A DNA stretch of 60,929 bases, counting the filler, from Gonapodya sp. JEL0774 (lineage: Eukaryota): NCBI GenBank assembly GCA_027604505.1. It is 6 parts of 6 records of this genome, joined end to end, with 100 filler letters (N's around TTAATTAATTAA, not from the genome) between each part and the next. Parts side by side here need not be neighbours in the genome. Positions count along the whole stretch, not along the records: positions 50,920 to 60,929 come from JADIIX010000397.1; 5 more parts are not named here. One strand, given 5' to 3'. Below, piece by piece: positions 51,298-60,624 of the stretch. Both the position numbers and the translations under genes were made by a program. The notes under the pieces were generated by a model. It was not told where the DNA came from. It ran no database searches and saw only the letters and a program-made list of their open reading frames with translations. Position 1 is the first letter of the stretch. Every line of letters starts with the position of its first letter.

Positions 51298-53637
51298 TTT
51301 CAGCGCATCCCGTCTTCCAATGTCGCATTTCTGGAGCCACATCACGGCTTCTGGCACTTTGCCATCCTTTTTCAAGCATCGTCCGATCCAGAAACAAAGG
51401 ACGTATCGTTCCGCCAATTCCTTGCCTTCGCTGCTTCCCAGCACTTTAACGGCGTGCGGGAGGTACGCCCTCCACACATCCCTGGCGTCCCAATCGTCTG
51501 TTTGAAAAACTGTCGCGATGTGCTGAATCGCTTCTCTCGTCTTTTGTGCAGTAAGGCCCTGTATGCGAAGCCAGTCTCCAGCCGCCAGATGCACTAACCG
51601 GTGGAGGTCATACAGGTCCTGGTCCTTCCGAGGCGACACGAAGGAATAACCAATAAGAGTACCGATAGCATCTTCCATTTTTAGTATTGACTGCGCTGCA
51701 GGCAAGATGGATCGAGGAATTGCCTTGGACTCGATGCACGACATGAAAGACAAGAGATCCGCGGCCAGGGGATCGTTTGTGCGGATCTGGTTGAAGGAGA
51801 CCAGCCACGTTGTGGCCACGGCATTGCTCGATCCTGAATAGCGTTGCTTGTTGACGAATTCCTTGCTCAGGAGGTCGGCCACCTCCGAGCTTCGTAAAAT
51901 GTCAAGATAGCCAGCAATGGACAGTTGTTTGTTTTTATTCAGATACGCTACCGCCTGAGAGAGTGCCAGTGGCAAACAGGTGAGCTCCTCCAGAAGGTTG
52001 TCCACGCTTGCGAAGTCGTACAGGAGCTCCTTGCGGATGAGGGACGTCTTAAGTAACTCCTTCGCCTCCTGCTCATCCATGGCGTCTACATCAATGACAT
52101 CGGCCACCGCCAGCGCAACTGCGACCTCTTGAATGCGGGTTGTGTACACGAAGAGCCCCTCCTCGCTCTGTGGAAGGTAGTCTGCGATACCGGGGGCTCC
52201 CCCGGACCCGTTTACAAGTCTCGCATCGTCGGCATTGTCGAGGACGATGAGCCAAACACCTGCCCTCTTCGTACTCAAATGCTGCTTCACAAGGTCCTTG
52301 ATGTCGTCGTCCTTGTCCGAACGTATCCCCAGTGTTTTTGCAATCTCCCGGCATGCCTGCTCGAAGCTCTCCATGCTGATAGCAGGTAACCAAAACACAG
52401 AGCGCCTTCTGTCCGCCTCCTTGACCTGGTAAGCAAACTCCAGCGCAACCTGCGTCTTTCCGACCCCGCCGAGGCCGACAAGAGCCATCTGCCGGCATTC
52501 CTTGTTGTTGCCTAAGAGTTTGTGCGCCAACTGTTGAAGTTGAGAGGTGCGGCCCACAAAACGAGGATTCCGCGGAAATGGAATGTACGCTGTAAATTTG
52601 CAGATTTGCGTCAGGTCAGCTCAGTTCCTGTAACACCCACCCGCACCGCGCGTGGCTTGACGGGTGAAAAAGAAAAAGTGACGAACCTCGTGTTCCCGGA
52701 TCGGTCCTGGGTATCACCAACAGGAGTTCCTTGGCGCATGCTGCAGCTGCGCCTGCTGCATAGCCCTGCCAGTTGGAGTTTTTGTGCGAGTCTGCATAGT
52801 CACAAATGCCTCGAATCACAAGACATGGGAAATGATTCATGAGCCCTGCCGCTTCCATCTCGAAGCACAGGACTCCTCCGAGATCGGTGCTGACTCTGTC
52901 CCGTTGCATCCCATCCCTCATGTCCTGATTCCCGGATGCAATCAAACCGTAGTGAACCATGGGCTCTTGAAGAGCTCGAGTGGGCCGAAGGAGTTGCCTT
53001 TCAGCGCTGCAGGACGTGCACGCGTGGCGGCCACGTTCGTGATTATAGCTCGGATGGAACAAGACGTCAGGTCCGGCAGCCTCCCGACGAAAGATCGGAA
53101 GGGGAAGAAGCTTCGTCAGGTGACCCGCAAGGCCATCTTTCTCGGTGACGAGGTTAGCTTGAAGTTGGCTGACAGCATTGAGAAGCAACGGCGGTGGACT
53201 GTTGAGGAATCCCTTTCGGCGGAACCCCTCGTGAGTTGTTTCCCCAAAGTCGTACTGCACCACGCCACCGTGAGTTTCCAAGGGCTGACTGACGACCACA
53301 TCGCCCAGTCGAATGTCTGCGTCCGGGCTGGGAACACCGCCTCCGACGCCTACCATGAGACGGAACTGCAGGGAATCGAAGGTCCGGCCGAGGTTGTTCG
53401 CAACCGCTGCGGCAGAGCTGGTCCCGCGATTTCCGGCCGGAAGACAAGCGACGACAACATTGTGTACCCCGATCCGTCCGAAAGAGTAGATGTTTGGGTC
53501 GCTCATATCCCGATCGAGTGGTTGATATTCCTCGTCAAACATTGCCCGGGCAGCCGCGAGCTCGGTCGGGAGAGCGCATATCCACCCAACAGTATACTCG
53601 TCGGAACGCAGGCGTCTTGCCTTGGAGCCATCTGGAG
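50920..53637 (-). CDS. Fungal NLR: PNP_UDP (nucleoside phosphorylase-like) + NB-ARC + TPR, 3' truncated
   Basis: EYTVGWICALPTE, LMVGVGGG, DIRLGDVVVS, CFEMEAAG, IRGICDYADSHKN. Intron 52590-52686 leads to YIPFPRNPRFVGR, P-loop GLGGVGKT, Walker B WLIVLDNADD, LPLALSQA, LHRLVH, then 42-aa TPRs. Confidence 0.95.
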
Positions 53638-54077
53638 CTGTACAGGGGGTGTGCATGGTAAGTTGACAAGTGTGATCCGGAGAAACACTGTGTTCAGGGA
53701 TCACCTCCTGCACGCCTGTCCGACATTCAATTCAGTTCTTTGAGGTAAGGAAAGAGATTTCTTTGGGGGTTTTGGTCGACAAAGCCCTCCAACAGTGCTG
53801 CTGGACAATCTTGTGGGTTGCAGGGCAAGGTCCGCCACCTCGCCCTGAGAGGGGCAACCCTGGCTGGGTCTTCCCCGATTGGGCAACATTCAATGTATCG
53901 CTACCGGTGAGCAAGGCACACTCAGTGTATTTGTATCACTTCTTTTTGTTAAACCCAGTGCTTTAACAACACAAATGAATTGCAAGGTAGTGCCACCACC
54001 CAAGTCAGTCAGTCAGCCAGCCAGCTAGCCATCCTCACATGAGAGATGCATGATTTTTGAGAGCAGGAAAGAGAGCT

Positions 54078-55000
54078 TCAACCACTCCGACGAGCTGATG
54101 GCTGTATCACAGATAACATCTCTTTGGCGCAAGCAGCTGCGGTTGCGGCAGCGTACCCCTGCCACTTTTGATTCTTGTGCGAGTCCGCGTAGTCGCAGAT
54201 ACCCCGAATCACGAGGCAGGGAAAGTTGGACATCAGCCCCGCCGCCTCCGTCTCGAAGCACAGAATGCCTCCAAGCTCCTTGCTCGTTGCATCTCGTTGG
54301 GCCGCGTCACCCATCACTCGGCTGCCCGAAGCGATGGTACCGTAGTGAACGACCGGCTCTTCGTCTTGTCGAGGTGATCGCAAAACCTGTTGGCATGGTC
54401 GCTGCGTAGGTCCAGGGGCGTGGTTGCATGTCGCATCAAATAGTATATCCTTCCCCGTCGCAGCGCGAGAGAACGCTCGGAGACGAGTCAGCTTGGCGAT
54501 ATGATCCGCAAGGCTGTTTTCTCCCACGAGTTGGCTGGCCCGAAGGTGGGTGACCGCATTGAGTAGCATCCGTGGCGGGCTGTCGAGGTGTCCAGTTCTA
54601 TGGAACCCACTCGAAGTCAACTGACCGCTGTCAAACTGAACCACACCGCCGTGCGTTCCAAAGGGCATACTAACGACGACATCTCCCAGTCGGATGTCTG
54701 CGTCCTCACTGGGGACCCCGCTTCCGATGCCCACCATGAGACCAAACTCCACCGACGTGAATGTCCGCATGAGCTGCGCCGCGACAGTCGCAGCGGAACT
54801 TCCTCCTGTCATGCCAGCTGGAAGACGCGCGAGGATGACATTGTGCACCCCGATTCGGCCGAACGAGTAAATATTGCCATCACCGGCAATCCGGTCAAGG
54901 GCAGGATGCTTTTCATCCAAGAGTGCAGTTGCGGCAGCCAACTCAATGGAAAGGGCACATATCCATCCGACAGTGTACTGGTCGGGCCGAAGTGGTTGAG
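54078..55000 (-). CDS. Second PNP_UDP domain exon
   Basis: QYTVGWICALSIE, LMVGIGSG, DIRLGDVVVS, CFETEAAG, IRGICDYADSHKNQKWQGYAA. No ATG of its own, and preceded by the acceptor ttggtag. Confidence 0.9.
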
Positions 55001-55056
55001 CTACCAACGAAAACGGATCTTTTTACCATCGTCGAACTCAAAACTTCAAAAAGAAT

Positions 55057-57065
55057 TTATGGTCTACCTCTGGCAGCAATATTTGGTGCCGTGCCCGGTG
55101 GTACTTCCGCCTCTGTATGAGCAGGCGCTACCATGTGCCGATGCGGACCGGGGTTCCATGTGTTGGCAGTTGCAACCCCTTGCTCGAAATGTCTTGCCGG
55201 TACCGGTGATGGTTGCTGCGAAGTGGTTGCAGAGGGAGCGAGAACAGAATCGACATGCGCTGGTGCTACCTGGAGCCTGGGAGGCGGTTCGGGATCGGTC
55301 AACTGGGGGAAATGGTTTTTGAGGTCTTTCACAATTTCCGCGAAAGTTGGACGCTGTTCAGGAAGTGGGTCCCAGCAGCGCTTGACAAGTTTCTTGACTG
55401 GTTCTGGCATTGGAACGGCAGCCATTCTCTGCGTCTCTGACAGGTTCTCCAGGTCCTCATATGTGTCAATGTCAGGCCGATCTCCGCTCAAAATGCAATG
55501 GACAATGGAACCTTCCATTGCAGTGAAGAAGGGAATCTGGAGCGTATACATCTCGTAGAGGGTCATCGCAAAAGCATGCACATCCACCTTTGCAGACAAC
55601 TTTGGTTTTCTGCCAAAGAGTTCGGGCGCCATCCAATTTGTCGTTCCGCGGCGTGCTTCTTTGCTGAGAGTCGAAACTTGGGATGCTATAACCGCGAAGC
55701 CAAAGTCTGCAACAAGAGCATGGCCCATATCATCCACTAGAACATTGAGCGCCTTGAGGTCGCAGTGAAGGACTCCTTTTGTGTGGAGGTGTTGCATGGC
55801 ATTCGCAATGTCGAAAATGAGATCGATGCGGTCTGCACGCGGATTCTTCGTCAAATACGTGAGGAGATCGCCGTTGCGCATATAAGGCGATACCATGAAT
55901 GGCGGTGTGGCCCGGAGATTTGCTCCGAAGAGTTGTATGATGTTGGGGTGGCGAAGACGGTACCAGCGTTCCACCTCGTTATGAACAAGCTGATAGTGAG
56001 TAGAACAAGGTGAGATGTTGGTACAATGACGGGCCGAAAAGGACAATTGCCCCACTCACCGCTTTTAAGTTTTCGGGTGGATGTTCCACTAGCAAGTACT
56101 TTATGGCAACGCGACGAGTTCCTCCCCATGTCCCGAGATACACCTTACCGAATCCACCTGCTGCAAATGGAGTGCTGTTGCGTGCAACATCCTGTTCCGG
56201 GATATGCCATTCTTCATCGGCCAAGTATTGACCCGATATACGTGAAATAGAGGTCCGGGCCTTGCCGAGAAGATCACGTTCGTTCGGACTGGGCGAACCA
56301 ACATTGAGGGTTGCTTGTATTCCTCTCAAGATCTCCAAAACGTGCTGGCCCTGACTGTTTGTAACCTCCAGTGTTGCGAGGATGGTTGCGTCGTTCTTCA
56401 GCAACTGGTCCAGCGCATTCTGCGCGGTAACTTCCTCAGCTTGCCGGTCTGCCTTGTTCTCGGCGGCCCAGCTGTCGAGGTTCAGCGTAGCCGTAAGCTA
56501 TCAACAAAACATTCGTTAAGTTGGTCATGGAGCTTTTCGAAAAAAATTTGATGTTGTTCCACGAACCTGAAAGTCATTTACCATAGACTGAAGTCTATTG
56601 TCGTACTCTTCAAGTTCCTTTCGTGTAGCGCTGCTGTTGAGTACGCGGTACCACTTTGGCTTCCCTTTGACCGTCTCGAGGAACTTGGCAACCTCCATGA
56701 GAAACCTGGAGACGAGGAACAGATATTAGAAATCGTATTCGATTTTCTTCAGAACAAACTCACTCAGTGAACTTCTTGGCATGGGTTTGGAGAGGTTCTC
56801 GAATGTCCTTGTTTCCAGGGTCCATTCGGCTGGCGATGGCTTGGACGAGCAAGGCACAGCGGCTGGCAAGACGCACGACGAGCTCTTTGTTGTCCTTAAA
56901 GTCCTTTGACAGAGTGTAGACAGCGCGGAGAGCCTCAGCGCAGGTTCCAAACACCGGGATGTTAGTGAGGTTGGAGACGACATTCAGGACGGTAACGACG
57001 CCATCGAGCAGGTTATTGACAAACACGGGATCGACTGCATTCGAACCATCCACGCAGGCCTCCAT
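55057..57065 (-). CDS. MLKL-like N-terminal helical domain + TKL-type protein kinase
   Basis: Exons 57065-56764, 56705-56582, 56497-56060 and 55989-55068. N-terminal IPVFGTCAEALRAVY...KDNKELVVRLASRCALL is the MLKL_NTD pattern. Kinase motifs GGFGKVY, VAIK, HCDLKALN, DFG, WMAPE, CWDPLPEQRP. Confidence 0.88.
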
Positions 57066-57861
57066 CGTCCTACTTTTCGGGGAAACTCTAGGGTGGTGAA
57101 GGTGGTGGTTCAGCCAGCCACCAAAGCTTTGGTCACAGCCATTTGAAGGCCAAGGACCACGTACCAACCAAAACCGAGGCGGAGACGAGCTGCGCATACC
57201 CAGCCAGTCCAGACCGAGCCAGGAGTGACCAGGCACACTTGGAAAGGGGCTGTGCACACACGAAGGCGGCGCCGGGCTCACCTTCCATCTGCCAAGCACA
57301 CAGAGAGGGGGTGTGACGGTGGCCCTGGTTTGAGAATACAGTTGCTCCAGCTGCTCCTGGAATCAACTCATAGGGAAAGATCTAGACCTACCCGTCACGG
57401 AGTCACAAAAGGGTGCGTATTTTTCGGAATGCTATGGTTTTAACAGAAAAATGGGGCAGTAAGCGCACCACTCGAATGTCGTACATTACGCCGCATGCTG
57501 CCACAATTCTTTTTCTCTTTCGAGATGGAAGGCAGTGTCGAAAACAGACCGTACTTCAGGTGGCCCAGCTGTGGATCAGGCGAAAGCGAGTGTCAAGAGA
57601 CAAATTGTCCCCGCTATCAGCAATGGCTTTCCAAACACATTCAGTCTCGACCATCTGGGACAAAGTATTCTCCGAAACTTCCGCGTTCGGACGTTTGGTG
57701 AGCAGATTGGGCAGTCCTCACGTCACAACCAGCATCTCTTAAATCATTTCTGCCTCTCTGGACGACGAAACTGCTGATCAGTACATCATGTTACCGTTCG
57801 CGAAAATCAACCAAGGAAGAAAAAGCGCAGATCCCCCGGTATATTTTTCCGAGTTTATATA

Positions 57862-58470
57862 ATGATAATGGCAAAAATATTGAAAAGAGAACTACCTTGT
57901 GGTGTCTCGTTGGATCAAGGCATTTTGCCTATGGAACTTCACGCAAGCAAGGAGAAGTTTGAAATCTTATGGTCACTGAAACCACCAAAGTATGGCCACG
58001 TTGTTATTCAGGGACGTTCCATACCAACTCCAAGATATTTCCAAAATTACAACAAATCGTATTATTTCTCCGGATTGAGTCACAGTGCAATGCCAACTCC
58101 TGACACTCTGCAACCATACATCGATTGGGCGAACACACTACCTGAGTACAGACATTACGGAAAGTTTGATCAAATATTGGCAAACTGGTACATCAATGGA
58201 AGTCATTACATCGGACCACATTCCGATTCTACAATAAACGTAATACCAAGAAGTCCGATACTTTCCATCAGTCTGGGAGTGACAAGAATGTTTAGAATTC
58301 GAGATAAGAAGTCGAAAATGATTCTCAAAGACGTTGAAGTGAAAAACAATACCTATAGTGTCATGTGTGGCGATTTTCAGAACAAATGCACACATGAGAT
58401 CGTAAAGTCTAAGAGAGTAAATGGACCTCGAATGAGCATCACATTGCGGATGTCGCTCGACCAGTCCTGA
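57862..58470 (+). CDS. AlkB-family 2OG-Fe(II) dioxygenase (ALKBH2/3-like), intronless
   Basis: PTPRY, LANWY, YIGPHSD (HxD), ILSISLG..RMF, THEI (distal His), RMSITLR. Visibly more AT-rich than the neighbouring host genes. Confidence 0.93.
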   Translation: MIMAKILKRELPCGVSLDQGILPMELHASKEKFEILWSLKPPKYGHVVIQGRSIPTPRYFQNYNKSYYFSGLSHSAMPTPDTLQPYIDWANTLPEYRHYGKFDQILANWYINGSHYIGPHSDSTINVIPRSPILSISLGVTRMFRIRDKKSKMILKDVEVKNNTYSVMCGDFQNKCTHEIVKSKRVNGPRMSITLRMSLDQS

Positions 58471-58574
58471 TCATTATCTTTCAATGTTTTTCATGAGTTG
58501 TTCCTGCTGGCTCACAAAACGGTATGTGTCCAAGTTGTAAACGGGGGTGTCGACGAAGGCAGCGGTTTTTCTAG

Positions 58575-58915
58575 ATGCGATTCCACATTCTGAAACTTTT
58601 CGAAATCTCATCCCGGATGGGGATGAGGATGGGGATCAGACTTTCTGAAAACTTTTCGAAATCTTCATCCGGGATGAGGATGGGATCAGACTTTCTCAAA
58701 CTTTTCGAAATCCTCATCCGGGATGAGGATGGGATCAGACTTTCTGAAAACTTTTCGAAATCTTCATCCGGGATGAGAATGGGATCGGACTTTCTCAAAC
58801 TGTTCGAGATCCTCATCCGGGATGAGGATGGGATCAGACTTTCTGAAACTTTTCGAAATCTTCATCCGGGATGGGGAGAAGATGGTTTTCGATCACATTC
58901 TGAAACTTTTCAGGA
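58575..58915 (+). repeat. Tandem array A: about 6 units of 49-50 bp, each with two palindromes
   Basis: Unit TTCT(G/C)AAA(A)CTTTTCGAAATC(T/C)TCATCCGGGATGAGGATGGGATCAGACT. Palindromes TTTCGAAA and ATCCTCATCC-G-GGATGAGGAT. Alternating 50/49-bp units give a 99-bp higher-order repeat. Confidence 0.95.
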
Positions 58916-58980
58916 TGAAGGAAAAATCAGCCGCCATCACTCTTATTTGCGTCTAGTTCTTTATACAGGCAACAAACAAC

Positions 58981-59715
58981 TTATTTCTTGTACAGTGGAA
59001 GGTTGTCCTTTACTACTATTGGCTTAGTTGTCGTCAGCCCAACTTCGACGTCCGATCCACCATGTCGACAGCAACATCCTCTGTAGTACACATCCTTCAA
59101 ACACGCGAGCACAAAACAACAGAGAACAACGCCGACAATCATCGCCAACACTGCAACTGTCCACGTCATTCCAGTCACCACCGCCATCCATCGCGGCGAC
59201 GCTGACGTTCCGTGAACCCACCCAATGTTCGTGCTGTTCAACGCCCTTTCAATCGCTTCCTTCTCTGCTTCACTCGCTTCCCAGTTGGTGCTGACATACA
59301 CCGGACCAGCCTTCCCAAACGTCGCCAAAAGTCCGTTTCCTGAAACATGCCCTCCAACCATCCATTCACCAGGTAGGGTCCAGTCGAGGTCTCCTCCGCC
59401 AACGCTGCCATTCAATTGCTTTGACAATTCAAATGTCACCGCAAGCGCGTTCCCAACGATCTCGTTCGCCTGCCACCACGTGAACCCATACCCAATCGCC
59501 CTGATTCGCCGCCCTCCCGTTTCAAGATACACCGTCGCTCCATACATCCCACACGTGGCTCTTGCTGTCAGCGGGCACGTCACACACTGGTTAGCATACC
59601 CTCGTCGAACCAAGACAGTCCTGTCTTCCCCCGTCCCATCAACCCCGCTCGTACTCGTCGCAGTGAATACCGCAATGCTCAGTGTAATCAGAACAGTCAA
59701 AAGCGTTTTCAGCAT
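58981..59715 (-). CDS. Intronless type I membrane (glyco)protein of unknown family
   Basis: Signal peptide, VLVRR|G dibasic site, NGS and NST sequons, C-terminal TM helix and a Cys-rich tail (LCCFVLAC...GCCCR). Confidence 0.75.
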   Translation of the reverse strand: MLKTLLTVLITLSIAVFTATSTSGVDGTGEDRTVLVRRGYANQCVTCPLTARATCGMYGATVYLETGGRRIRAIGYGFTWWQANEIVGNALAVTFELSKQLNGSVGGGDLDWTLPGEWMVGGHVSGNGLLATFGKAGPVYVSTNWEASEAEKEAIERALNSTNIGWVHGTSASPRWMAVVTGMTWTVAVLAMIVGVVLCCFVLACLKDVYYRGCCCRHGGSDVEVGLTTTKPIVVKDNLPLYKK

Positions 59716-59736
59716 GTTGTTTGATGGATTGCTTAG

Positions 59737-59810
59737 ATGATTCGATGCTATGCTTCGATGCTTCGATGGGATGCTTCGAATGTTCGATGGAATGCTTCGA
59801 TGCTTCCATC
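59737..59810. repeat. Short degenerate (A)TGCTTCGA repeats upstream of the glycoprotein gene
   Basis: gattcgatgctatgcttcgatgcttcgatgggatgcttcgaatgttcgatggaatgcttcgatgcttcc. Confidence 0.8.
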
Positions 59811-60217
59811 GGTGCCATCAGTGCTTATATCCCGTTCTCCTCTGTGGCTCAGCTGGTGCTCATCCTCGAATTTTTTTTTCTTCCTTTTCTTTTCGGGATG
59901 GGGATGGGATGGATTGGTTGCAGGTCAGATGGGATCTATGCAGAAGTGGGATGTGATTATGTTTTCTACAATTTTTGTATCTGTGACTCTCTATAAGCTG
60001 TCACGAACTCTGCCCTTTGCGTTATTGTCTAACTTCGAACAACAGCGTTCTCAGCTTCACACGCTTTACTCCTTCACCTCATACTTATCGCATCAATGAC
60101 TTGAACAACCTATACGATCGTTTTTCTACTATCCCAGATGGCAGGTATTTTTGTCAGAACCTTATAAGTGTGATATATAAGTGCTACACAAACTGGTTGG
60201 AAACAGAACCGCCTTGA

Positions 60218-60523
60218 TCAGGACGCCATGATGGCGAGCGCCCCTATCATGTACACCATTGTAATAAACTTGAGAGTTCCATTCACCGGTGTGAAGTCCC
60301 CATATCCGGTTGTCGTCCCCGTGGTCACAAGGAAGTACACTACGTCATATATAGACATCTTCTTCTCTTTGAATGAAGATGGCACACCCCAGTGTTCCAC
60401 ATCTTGGAACATCGCCCATACTCCAATCGTCACAGCCGCAGTCCACGCTGCCAGTACACCAACCCGCATCAGAACCTTTCCAACGTCGATCGACTTGAGC
60501 TCCTTTGCGAATACTGAGGTCAT
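60218..60523 (-). CDS. Miniature 2TM-1P potassium channel, viral Kcv-like, 101 aa, intronless
   Basis: MTSVFAKE...TM1 (VGVLAAWTAAVTIGVWAMF), pore helix IYDVVYFLVTT, filter TTTGYGDFTP, TM2 (KFITMVYMIGALAIM), then an immediate stop. ATG in AAAAATG context. Confidence 0.93.
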   Translation of the reverse strand: MTSVFAKELKSIDVGKVLMRVGVLAAWTAAVTIGVWAMFQDVEHWGVPSSFKEKKMSIYDVVYFLVTTGTTTGYGDFTPVNGTLKFITMVYMIGALAIMAS

Positions 60524-60624
60524 TTTTGGCTCCACCCTACCACATAGTAAAAGTTTTATTTTGCCCTGGCAACGACACACTCACGCTGCCTTCTGTCGGC
60601 TCTTCACACTGTGATAGAGGTCGC

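Noticed and set aside
52784..55322. Long plus-strand ORFs (319, 244 aa), and similar ones at 37718-38569, 41564-42265 and 50944-51597
   Set aside because: Antisense shadows of well-supported GC-rich minus-strand genes.
58571..59027. Repetitive ORFs over array A (and 60611-60805 over array B)
   Set aside because: Unit lengths of 49 and 50 bp shift the frame, and ORFs appear on both strands. They are by-products of the repeat.
59929..60217. Small plus-strand ORFs between the glycoprotein and channel genes
   Set aside because: Short, overlapping in different frames, with no motif. Cannot be supported as genes.
57780..60620. Mimivirus early promoter AAAATTGA upstream of the island genes
   Set aside because: No exact match seen upstream of the three starts, only generic A-rich tracts.
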